Shown here: positions 28,108-36,836 of the stretch, piece by piece | How positions within the stretch are numbered: the stretch's first letter is position 1 | How the letters are laid out: the number at the start of each line of letters is the position of its first letter | DNA from: an uncultured virus (IMG/VR IMGVR_UViG_3300044213_000175) | Lineage: Duplodnaviria; Heunggongvirae; Uroviricota; Caudoviricetes | Length of the DNA: 64,000 nt | Strand: one strand, 5' to 3' | IMG/VR virus record: IMGVR_UViG_3300044213_000175 | Notes under the pieces: model-generated | Seen by the model: only the letters and a program-made list of their open reading frames with translations | Told to the model about the DNA's origin: nothing | Database searches by the model: none | Program-made: the position numbers and the translations under genes

Positions 28108-28788
28108 ATGGCAAAAGAAAAAGATAGTAACTGGATGCAGAATTTATGGCGTCCGATGATGGGTTGGATGTATATGTTAATCTGTCTATTAGATATGGCG
28201 GTATTTCCGGTGTTATGGTCGTTATTACAGGCCATGATGCATTCTCCAATCACACAGTGGAATCCGCTGACTTTACAGGGTGCAGGATTATTTCATATTG
28301 CCATGGGTGCAGTACTAGGTATCAGTGCATTTGGCAGAACACAAGAAAAATTAGCAGGAACTGCAGCTAATCCGACTGCAACTGAAAATATCAGTCAACA
28401 ATCTATAACAATGCAAGGTAATGTCCCTAACGGTTATGGTAGTAATCAAAATAATATGAACGGCGGTTTCGGCTCATCAAACAGCTTTGGTAACAACGGA
28501 TTTGGAGGAGGAAACAATGGCGGATTTGGCTCATCAAACAGCTTTGGTAACAACGGATTTGGAGGAGGAAACAATGGCGGTTTCGGCTCATCAAATAGCT
28601 TCGGAAGTCCAGCACCTGCAACAAATGGATTCGGCACAACGGCATCGCCAAGCACTAACACAAGCGGCTTTGGAAGCGTACCTGGCACAACTGCACCGAC
28701 AACATTACCGGTAGCATCTGCTGCTCCTGTTGTTGCCACAACTGCCGGTGGTAAAAAAATAATACCAACCAACGACCCTGTAATTTAA
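28108..28788 (+). CDS. holin-like membrane protein with Gly/Asn/Phe-rich tail
   Basis: WRPMMGW...GAVLGISAFGRTQEK pattern of 3TM holin-like proteins. Confidence 0.7.
   Translation: MAKEKDSNWMQNLWRPMMGWMYMLICLLDMAVFPVLWSLLQAMMHSPITQWNPLTLQGAGLFHIAMGAVLGISAFGRTQEKLAGTAANPTATENISQQSITMQGNVPNGYGSNQNNMNGGFGSSNSFGNNGFGGGNNGGFGSSNSFGNNGFGGGNNGGFGSSNSFGSPAPATNGFGTTASPSTNTSGFGSVPGTTAPTTLPVASAAPVVATTAGGKKIIPTNDPVI
28459..28605 (+). repeat. 57-bp coding tandem repeat (~2.6 copies; NGGFGSSNSFGNNGFGGGN)
   Basis: Directly visible duplication. Confidence 0.9.
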
Positions 28789-28798
28789 GGAATTAAAA

Positions 28799-28975
28799 AT
28801 GAAAAGAATTTTAATTACTTTGGGAATACTATTAAGTTTGTCTTTTTCACTGTCAGTGCAGGCAGAATCGACTGTGGAAAAAATTTGTCACAGTGATTCA
28901 AAAACCAAAAAAGAAGTCTGCAAAAAAGTTAAAGTACACAAAAAAGTCAGTGGTGATAAAGTCCCTACCAAATAA
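28799..28975 (+). CDS. small secreted basic protein, not in ORF track
   Basis: Manual translation; signal peptide ending VQA; AAGGA upstream. Confidence 0.65.
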   Translation: MKRILITLGILLSLSFSLSVQAESTVEKICHSDSKTKKEVCKKVKVHKKVSGDKVPTK

Positions 28976-28976
28976 T

Positions 28977-29005
28977 TTGACTTACATTATAAGGGCCTGT
29001 ATACT
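28977..29005 (+). promoter_or_regulatory. sigma70-type promoter
   Basis: TTGACT-N17-TATACT. Confidence 0.65.
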
Positions 29006-29026
29006 ATATAGAACCGGGTCCTACTA

Positions 29027-29842
29027 ATGGCATCTCATTATGAAACTTTGGGCATCAGCAATGCTGCTGGGCCAGATGAAATAAAAAAAGCATATCGAAA
29101 ATTAGCAAGCCAGAATCATCCCGATAAAGGCGGTGATACAGCTAAATTTCAAGAAATTGAAGCTGCATATCGAGTGCTGAGTGATCCTATACAAAAACAG
29201 AAATACGATAATCCTGCCCGATCTAATTTTAATACTCAAGATTTTGATTTGAATGATATTTTTGCTCATTTCGGGTTCAATCGGACAGGTAACCCTGCTG
29301 AACATTTTTATCCCAGAAAAAATAAAGATATACGAGTAAACATACAAGTTCGTCTTAAAGATGTTTTGCAAGATAACAAACAAATATTAAATATCAAAAC
29401 CAGTAATAAGCAAGTCAATGTGGATATAGTTATCCCGGCCGGAATAACCAGCGGAACCACTATCAAATATCCAAATTTGGGCGATGATATGTTTCCCGTT
29501 TTGCCCAAAGGATCATTGCTGGTACAGGTCAATGTCATCAATGATACAGAATTCGAAGTTAACGGTTTGGATATTATAAAAACCTTGACAATAACTTGTT
29601 TTGAAGCTATACTAGGCAGTGAACAAACTGTTATAGGTTTAGACGGGAAACAATTTACCATTCAAACACCAGAAGGATGCCAACCGGACACCAAATTAAA
29701 AATATCCGGCGAGGGATTACCTGGATTCCAAAAAGATATAAAAGGAAACTTTTATATCAGAATAAAAATTACAATCCCTAAGAATTTATCAGCTGATCAA
29801 ATTGAACTGATTAATAAAATCAACACCCTAACCAACCAATAA
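29027..29842 (+). CDS. DnaJ-class chaperone without Zn finger
   Basis: J domain with HPD, plus DnaJ C-terminal domains. Confidence 0.9.
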   Translation: MASHYETLGISNAAGPDEIKKAYRKLASQNHPDKGGDTAKFQEIEAAYRVLSDPIQKQKYDNPARSNFNTQDFDLNDIFAHFGFNRTGNPAEHFYPRKNKDIRVNIQVRLKDVLQDNKQILNIKTSNKQVNVDIVIPAGITSGTTIKYPNLGDDMFPVLPKGSLLVQVNVINDTEFEVNGLDIIKTLTITCFEAILGSEQTVIGLDGKQFTIQTPEGCQPDTKLKISGEGLPGFQKDIKGNFYIRIKITIPKNLSADQIELINKINTLTNQ

Positions 29843-29849
29843 ATATTTT

Positions 29850-32147
29850 ATGTCACTAAACAGCCTTCCTGAAGTAGATAAAATCGTCGAACTAGCGACC
29901 CAACTAGCAACAGATAAAAATCACACATACTTAACATTAGAACATTTATCAGTGGTGATGATAAATTACAACACCCTGGGTAATCTTTGTCAGAGTTTCG
30001 GGGTCGATACTGAATCATTGACCAAAGAACTGTCTGACTATTTAGATAATCAATCAGGACTGGTTAGTAAAAATCATGATGTTGTGCCTAAAAAAACAAG
30101 GACGTTAGAGAGAGTTTTCAATCGCGCATTGACCCAAGTATTGTTCAGTGGACGACAACATTTACTTCCTATCGATTTGATGCTGAGTATTGTTGACGAA
30201 GATACTAGTTATGCTTCATATCTATTAAGAAAATATGGAATCGAGCGACACGCTCTTATTAATTTTTACAATAAAGAAAATAAACCCGCTAGCACAAAGA
30301 AAAAAGTACAAAATCAAGCAGACACAATTCTTAATAAGTATTGTGATAATCTGAATCTCAAAGCCGAGGAAGGGAAGATCGATCCTGTTATTGGCCGAGA
30401 TACAGAAATTACGGAAATAGTCGAAGTATTGGCTAAACGCAATAAATCAAATATTTTAATGGTTGGCGATCCGGGAGTTGGTAAAACGGCGATTGCAGAA
30501 GGACTGGCACTTAAAATCATTAATCAAGAAGTCCCCGAGTATCTACTAGATCACACTGTGTATAATTTAGATATTGGTAACTTGTTGGCTGGTAGCAAGT
30601 ATCGTGGTGAATTCGAAGAAAAGTTCCAAGACGTTATGGAAGCATTAGTCGAAAAAGGCAAATGCATTTTATTCATCGACGAAGCACATACTATGCGAGG
30701 TGCAGGTTCAGGTAGTAACAGCAGTCTCGATTTCAGCAATATGATTAAACCTGCATTGACTAAAGGCAACCTCAAAGTTCTTGCAAGTACTACTTGGGAA
30801 GAATATACACAATCATTTGAAAAAGATCGTGCATTGATGCGTAGATTTTATAGAATGACGGTTGAAGAACCTACTCCCGAAATTGCCAAAGAAATTTTGC
30901 GTGGTCTTAAAGAATATTTCGAAGAATTCCATGGCGGCAACATCAGTGATGAAGCTATCAACTCAGCCGTAGATCTTTCGGTCCGATATCAGACTGATAA
31001 ACGTCTACCAGACAAGGCCATCGATCTATTAGATGCTAGCATGGCCAAACTTAAATTAGCTGGCAATGATTTTGTGCTATTAAAAAGTCATATCATCGAT
31101 AGCCTAAGTAAGTTTACAAAAATTCCAGTGCATCAACTTGATAATGAAGTTACTAAGAGTTTAGAGACTTTAGAGCCCAATATTAAAGGTAAATTATACG
31201 GGCAAGACCAAGCAGTAGAACAAGTATTGGATAAAATCTACGTAAGTCGTGCAGGGTTAAAAGCATTGAATAAGCCAGTTGGTAGTTATCTATTCTTAGG
31301 CCCGACTGGCACAGGTAAAACTGAATTAGCCAAATTACTGGCAGAAAACCTGGGTATGAAATTATTGCGATATGACATGAGTGAATATCAAGAAAAACAT
31401 ACTGTTGCGAAATTGATTGGCGCTCCACCGGGATATGTTGGGTACGACGACGGGAATCTGGGTGGCGGTTTACTGATCAGCGAAGTGGAAAAGAATCCCA
31501 ACTGCATCATATTATTCGACGAAATTGAAAAAGCACATCCCGATGTAAGTAATTTGTTATTGAGTTTAATGGACGAAGGGGTGATCACTAGCAGTAATGG
31601 CAAGAAAGCGGACTGTAGAAATAGTATTGTTATCTTAACCAGCAACTTGGGTGCTGCGGATAACGATAAAAATTCTATTGGATTCGGAGGGTTTGAAAAA
31701 GAAGGAGAAGATGATCGTGCCGTTAAAGATTTCTTTAAACCAGAATTTCGCAATCGTTTAGACGGTATTGTCAAATTTAACAAATTACAAAAGCCTAGTA
31801 TTGTTAAAATTGTTGATAAATTCGTAGCAGAGATGAATGACTTACTCAGCGATAAACACATTTATATTCAATTAAAACCTACTGCCATTGATGAAATCAT
31901 TGAAAAAGGGTACGATGCTAAAATGGGTGCGAGACCGCTGGCACGTAAAATAAACGAGCTAATTAAAACCCCATTGGCTAAAAAAATCTTATTCGAAAAC
32001 TTGTCTAATTGTACAGTTAATGTAGAATGGGTCGACGGGTATTTCGAATTTGACATTAGGCAAGATGAACACGCACTATTTCCGGTCAAGAGTGCTGTAG
32101 ATGAGGATGGTTATGTTGTCGTGGACAAGTTTGAACCCAACGTGTAA
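29850..32147 (+). CDS. clpA: ClpA-like AAA+ unfoldase
   Basis: Clp N-domain, two Walker A motifs (GDPGVGKT, GPTGTGKT) and an IGF loop. Confidence 0.9.
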   Translation: MSLNSLPEVDKIVELATQLATDKNHTYLTLEHLSVVMINYNTLGNLCQSFGVDTESLTKELSDYLDNQSGLVSKNHDVVPKKTRTLERVFNRALTQVLFSGRQHLLPIDLMLSIVDEDTSYASYLLRKYGIERHALINFYNKENKPASTKKKVQNQADTILNKYCDNLNLKAEEGKIDPVIGRDTEITEIVEVLAKRNKSNILMVGDPGVGKTAIAEGLALKIINQEVPEYLLDHTVYNLDIGNLLAGSKYRGEFEEKFQDVMEALVEKGKCILFIDEAHTMRGAGSGSNSSLDFSNMIKPALTKGNLKVLASTTWEEYTQSFEKDRALMRRFYRMTVEEPTPEIAKEILRGLKEYFEEFHGGNISDEAINSAVDLSVRYQTDKRLPDKAIDLLDASMAKLKLAGNDFVLLKSHIIDSLSKFTKIPVHQLDNEVTKSLETLEPNIKGKLYGQDQAVEQVLDKIYVSRAGLKALNKPVGSYLFLGPTGTGKTELAKLLAENLGMKLLRYDMSEYQEKHTVAKLIGAPPGYVGYDDGNLGGGLLISEVEKNPNCIILFDEIEKAHPDVSNLLLSLMDEGVITSSNGKKADCRNSIVILTSNLGAADNDKNSIGFGGFEKEGEDDRAVKDFFKPEFRNRLDGIVKFNKLQKPSIVKIVDKFVAEMNDLLSDKHIYIQLKPTAIDEIIEKGYDAKMGARPLARKINELIKTPLAKKILFENLSNCTVNVEWVDGYFEFDIRQDEHALFPVKSAVDEDGYVVVDKFEPNV

Positions 32148-32826
32148 TATTAAAAATACTACCAAATTATATTTTGGCAAGTATATTTTTAAGGCAGTTA
32201 TAAAAGTACCTTGCGGTAGAATCATTACTTCGGCCGGATCCGATAGTGATGTTGATCGATTATTGCTGGTCAGATCTGAAAGGAATTATGCTAAGAGAGT
32301 TGGGTGGAGTCATTGGCGCACCGATCATAGAAAAATGCAAGATTCATCCGCTGTACAATTAAAGTATTGGCGAAATGTATTTGCTGAACATTCTAATAAT
32401 TTAAAATGGCGAATAGAAGAACCTCTAATTCAGTTGTACAGCAATGATGAAAATTTTTTATTTACATTAGTTTCGGGTAACCCTTCTGCGTTAAAAGAAA
32501 TTTATTTGCCTGCATCCGATCAAGCAAAAGAAATATTATTAAACAATAGCATTATCATAAAAACACCCAGCGAATATAATTTTAAAATTATTTTTAAAGA
32601 AGGATATCAATTTTTACCCGAAACCAAAGCACAACTTTTGCAATACCTAATTAGCCTTGAAGAAAATGTTAAAATCCCCGAGGGAGTTAAAGGTGGGCTG
32701 GACCCTTGCAAATATTGGTTTACTGGAGGATACATATATGCCAAGGATGATAGCGCGGTGACTTTTTTAAATTTAATTGCGCCGGGCATAGTCCGAGGAA
32801 TTTTTAAACTGCACTACTTACCATAA
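32101..32826 (+). CDS. hypothetical protein (start uncertain)
   Basis: 241-aa ORF. Confidence 0.65.
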   Translation: MRMVMLSWTSLNPTCNIKNTTKLYFGKYIFKAVIKVPCGRIITSAGSDSDVDRLLLVRSERNYAKRVGWSHWRTDHRKMQDSSAVQLKYWRNVFAEHSNNLKWRIEEPLIQLYSNDENFLFTLVSGNPSALKEIYLPASDQAKEILLNNSIIIKTPSEYNFKIIFKEGYQFLPETKAQLLQYLISLEENVKIPEGVKGGLDPCKYWFTGGYIYAKDDSAVTFLNLIAPGIVRGIFKLHYLP

Positions 32827-32857
32827 TAAATATTTTAATATTTCAAGGAGAGCCCAA

Positions 32858-33019
32858 ATGGCACACATTATCGAAGAGAACATCGTTATTAAAGTTTCAA
32901 AGTTAGTTAAGCAAAGTAACGGCGAAGCCTTGGTATCCGACGATACCCTGACGGCATTAGCAAGCGTAGCAGAAGAATTGCTCGGCAACGGTGTTGTTGT
33001 CGAAGTCGAAAAAGCGTAA
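32858..33019 (+). CDS. small hypothetical protein, not in ORF track
   Basis: Manual translation, 53 aa; TAAATA and AAGGAG upstream. Confidence 0.7.
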   Translation: MAHIIEENIVIKVSKLVKQSNGEALVSDDTLTALASVAEELLGNGVVVEVEKA

Positions 33020-33039
33020 ATTAATCAAGAAAGAAATCA

Positions 33040-33972
33040 ATGAGCAATACCGATAAACCAATCGAAGCAAAACAAATCACCCCCCAAAATTCTGTAGGTC
33101 AAATACCTAAATTATCAAAAGCAGTTATGCCTGTACCTGAATTAGCAAGAACTAATCCTAGTATGCCGCCGGCTACTAAATTCGATTTCAGCAAAGTCCA
33201 TGTACATTTTGCTGTGCCTTGTTATGGTGGAATGGTTAGTGAACCTACTATGACTAGTTTTATTCGATTTACATTATTAGCTGCACGTGCCGGCTTGCAT
33301 TGGAGCCTGGATACTATGGTTAACGAATCATTAGTTACCCGTGCAAGAAATAATCTATGCGCTAAAATGATGACTAACGATAAAGCCACTCATTTCATGT
33401 TTATCGACGCAGATATACGTTTCGAACCTGAAGCTATCTTTGGGATGATTGCCGCAGATAAAGATGTTATCGGCGGATTATATCCAAAAAAATCGCTACC
33501 CATTGACTATGTAGTCAATTTGAAACAAGGCGGAAGAATCGAAGGGCCTATCTTCCAGGTAGATACACAAGGCACAGGTTTCTTATTGTTTAAAAAACAC
33601 GTATACGAAAAACTAATATCCGCTCATCCAGAATGCAAATATGTCGATGACATTGGGTTAGGTAAGCAATTCGAACCTTATATGTATAGTATTTTTGACA
33701 CTATAATTGACGAACGAGGCCATTACCTCAGTGAAGACTGGACGTTCTGTCGCCGATGGCAAGCACTAGGTGGAGATATCTGGGCCGATAGCCGTGTATT
33801 GTTGAATCACATTGGTCATTATGAATTCAAAGGAGATTTAGCAGCATTAGAACGTAAAGGTCTGAAACGAGTTAGTATCGATACGCCTGAAGGCAAAGCT
33901 GCAATTGAAGCACAACAAGCCGCAGCAATGGTGGCTGCTCGCGCCCAAGAACCAGTAAATGAGCCAAGCTAA
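33040..33972 (+). CDS. GT-A fold glycosyltransferase-like protein
   Basis: ESLVTRARN, FIDAD, GTGFLL and SEDWTFC. Confidence 0.8.
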   Translation: MSNTDKPIEAKQITPQNSVGQIPKLSKAVMPVPELARTNPSMPPATKFDFSKVHVHFAVPCYGGMVSEPTMTSFIRFTLLAARAGLHWSLDTMVNESLVTRARNNLCAKMMTNDKATHFMFIDADIRFEPEAIFGMIAADKDVIGGLYPKKSLPIDYVVNLKQGGRIEGPIFQVDTQGTGFLLFKKHVYEKLISAHPECKYVDDIGLGKQFEPYMYSIFDTIIDERGHYLSEDWTFCRRWQALGGDIWADSRVLLNHIGHYEFKGDLAALERKGLKRVSIDTPEGKAAIEAQQAAAMVAARAQEPVNEPS

Positions 33973-34399
33973 GGAATCTTTAAATTTTGAGATTACTCTC
34001 GGCAGTACATTTCATGACAAAGTTCCTGCATACGCGGTTTATCTAAATGGCCGTAAGTATGCATCCGGGACGGTATCTAAAAAAACAGTAATTAAGTTTG
34101 CTGCCGAGGTGTACGAAGGTTGCGAAAGTCTTCTATCTGTCAGATTAGAAAATAAAACAGATTCCGATACTATACAAAATGAAGATAAAACAGAAATTGT
34201 CAAAGATATGACATTAGACATTTTATCGATCATTGTCAATGATGTGGATTGGGGACAGATGCTATGGTCTCACAGTGAATTTGTTGCCGATAACTTTAGT
34301 AGAGAGACTATACCAGGATGTGTAAACTTGGGGTGGAACGGTAGCTTTAATATTAAATTTACTAGTCCCTATTATGAATGGTTACTAGCGAATATATAA
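33959..34399 (+). CDS. hypothetical protein
   Basis: ORF in operon. Confidence 0.7.
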   Translation: MSQAKESLNFEITLGSTFHDKVPAYAVYLNGRKYASGTVSKKTVIKFAAEVYEGCESLLSVRLENKTDSDTIQNEDKTEIVKDMTLDILSIIVNDVDWGQMLWSHSEFVADNFSRETIPGCVNLGWNGSFNIKFTSPYYEWLLANI

Positions 34400-34418
34400 T
34401 AACTACATTATATAATTA

Positions 34419-34443
34419 GGGAGATTTGAAATCTCCCTTTTTT
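34419..34443 (+). terminator. intrinsic terminator
   Basis: GGAGATT / AATCTCC stem followed by a T run. Confidence 0.7.
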
Positions 34444-34463
34444 GTTTTGTGCTAAATACTTGT

Positions 34464-35708
34464 ATGTTTGCACACGAGCTTTTTGAACAAAATAAACCCC
34501 GAGTAATTGTAACTTATCCCGGAAGATTCCAGCCGTTTCATCAAGGGCATGCTGGTGTATTTGCACAGTTACAGAAAAAATTTGGCAGTGAAAATGTATA
34601 TGTTTTAACCAGTAATGATACTAGTTCAGAAAAAAGCCCGTTCAATTTTGCAGACAAATATCAATTAATAACTGCTGCTGGAATTCCAGGAAATCATATA
34701 GTAGAAACAAATAAGATGTATGTGTTGCCCGAAGAATTTGACCCTACGACAACTATTTTTATTACGGCTGTGGGTAGTCCAGATGCAAATCGTTTAAATC
34801 CTGATTCGGTCACCAAAAGGGATCAGAAAGATAAAGAGGGAAATGTTACAAAACCTGCAGGTAGTCCAGGATATTACAAAACCTGGAGCAAGGATCATAA
34901 CCCTGTTACCGCAGATCAACACGGATATGTTGTTGTTATTCCTGAAATTAAAAAATCAATCAAAATTAAAGGCAAAATGTATGATGTAAGTCATGGTACC
35001 GAGTGCCGTAATTTATGGAATCTTGTACGCAATGATACCAAGGCCAAATCAGAATTTTTAAGTCAAATGTATGCAAGACCCAGTCAAGAACTTGCAGCAA
35101 TATACGACAAAATCCCAGAATCGGTAGGCGAAGATATTGATCCTGTTACCTCAGACAGTACCAGCCCCATTCATGGCAAATTGGAAGAAACAGGAGGGGT
35201 CGGTGTTATTGCTAGCAAAAAACAAGCCAAAGATCCACGCTATTCAAATAGTTTAACAGTAGATGTTAAGCCAGGAGCTATACAAAAAAATCTACGTGCA
35301 TTCAGACTGGCCGAGAGTGACAGTGCTATTACGTATCCCGAGATGGCTGATTTGATTGCTAAGTTTTTACCGATAGCAGGTAAAGAATTAAAACTCACCA
35401 AGTTCCCGCATATCAAAATCGAAAAGAATTTAACACCACACGGCGGACAAGCAACCTTCGGCAGATTCGTTAATGAAGAAGTTAAAATTTACTTAGGTAT
35501 TGCAAACCGTCATCCTGTTGATATATTACGCACATTAGCACATGAACTAGTGCATTTTAAACAATTCTTAGATGGTGAAATGTACCCTGCAGCAGGGGAA
35601 ACAGGTAGCCCAATCGAAAATGAAGCCAATGCTGTTGCAGGGATCATTATGCGGCATTTTAACTTAAAATATCCTAATGCTATCGATTCTAAGCCATTGG
35701 AGTTATAA
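34464..35708 (+). CDS. HxGH nucleotidyltransferase domain fused to HExxH zincin-like domain
   Basis: PGRFQPFHQGH; RTLAHELVH...ENEAN; start placed at MFAHELFE after TAAATA. Confidence 0.8.
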   Translation: MFAHELFEQNKPRVIVTYPGRFQPFHQGHAGVFAQLQKKFGSENVYVLTSNDTSSEKSPFNFADKYQLITAAGIPGNHIVETNKMYVLPEEFDPTTTIFITAVGSPDANRLNPDSVTKRDQKDKEGNVTKPAGSPGYYKTWSKDHNPVTADQHGYVVVIPEIKKSIKIKGKMYDVSHGTECRNLWNLVRNDTKAKSEFLSQMYARPSQELAAIYDKIPESVGEDIDPVTSDSTSPIHGKLEETGGVGVIASKKQAKDPRYSNSLTVDVKPGAIQKNLRAFRLAESDSAITYPEMADLIAKFLPIAGKELKLTKFPHIKIEKNLTPHGGQATFGRFVNEEVKIYLGIANRHPVDILRTLAHELVHFKQFLDGEMYPAAGETGSPIENEANAVAGIIMRHFNLKYPNAIDSKPLEL

Positions 35709-35983
35709 TGGATTATACTAAAGTAGAGATAGATGTACTGTGTGACTGGGAATCTCCTGAGGTTTATCGTCTTTATTTAGACGGTGAATTAATGTCTGAA
35801 AGAACATATAATTGGCCAAATCCGCAAGAATGGTTGCGAGAAGAAATAACTGTTGCGATAGGTCCTGGGGAACATCTATTAGAAATAACGGCAGTAAATC
35901 CTAATTTTAATAATTTTAAACTTACTAATTTAACAGTTAATAAAAATCCCGTAGAATTCAAAAATAATAAGTTTACTATTTAA
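35708..35983 (+). CDS. hypothetical beta-rich protein
   Basis: ORF with GGAG upstream. Confidence 0.7.
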   Translation: MDYTKVEIDVLCDWESPEVYRLYLDGELMSERTYNWPNPQEWLREEITVAIGPGEHLLEITAVNPNFNNFKLTNLTVNKNPVEFKNNKFTI

Positions 35984-36014
35984 ACTAAATACACATTATA
36001 TCCGGAATATAATT

Positions 36015-36836
36015 ATGAAAAGTTCACAATTTTTAGGCGAAGGTTTCGTCGAAGACGCACACAGCGTTCACCAAGATCACGAAGTACAGATGGCTCGTGA
36101 GGAGTTATACCATTCTGCAGAATATGCACTACGTTTACATAAGCTATTAAGAAATGTAAGCGAAGAACAGGGTTTAGAAGGATGGGTCAGTGCTAAAATT
36201 ACGTTAGCAAATGATTACTTAAAAACAGTGTTAGATCACATTGAATATCAGCTGATGTCAGGTGCCACAGGTCCCGGCGACGCCAATTCCAGCGCAGAAG
36301 TTATGCCAATAGCCGAAGGTGCAGAATTTGGTGCTAATTATGCTGAGCAAGTAGCGCAACAGATTTTTAATAAACGTCAAGACATCAGTTCTGAAGCAGA
36401 AGTGTTAAATCAAGCCTATCACATTGTGGCCGATGAGCAAGGACAACGATCCTCTCGTTATATGTTTAACTATGATGCAGATTTCCCCAGTGATCTTGTA
36501 AGTGCTTATTTTTGGTTACAAAAATCTCAAGGTGTGGCGGAAGCAGGTATGCCATCAAGTGTTGTTAAGAGTAAACAACGTTACAGTCAAATGACTCCCG
36601 TTGAATTTGCCAAAGCACATGCTGACAAATCTGATGAACAATTAGTATCAATGGCCTGGCGACATGGGCACGGCAAAGGAAGCACTCATTATGTAGACAA
36701 ACGCAATAAAGGCAAGCAAGGCATGGCAGAAACATCTGCAGGTAATATTGCCGCAGTAGTAAATCCACCGGCAAAGAATAAAGCCAAAGTTGGTACACTA
36801 TTCGGCGGAACATATAAACAACCCAAGGCAAAATAA
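36015..36836 (+). CDS. putative internal head protein (modular)
   Basis: MKSSQFLGE leader; QGVAE and QGMAE motifs; TAAATA at 35986. Confidence 0.6.
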   Translation: MKSSQFLGEGFVEDAHSVHQDHEVQMAREELYHSAEYALRLHKLLRNVSEEQGLEGWVSAKITLANDYLKTVLDHIEYQLMSGATGPGDANSSAEVMPIAEGAEFGANYAEQVAQQIFNKRQDISSEAEVLNQAYHIVADEQGQRSSRYMFNYDADFPSDLVSAYFWLQKSQGVAEAGMPSSVVKSKQRYSQMTPVEFAKAHADKSDEQLVSMAWRHGHGKGSTHYVDKRNKGKQGMAETSAGNIAAVVNPPAKNKAKVGTLFGGTYKQPKAK

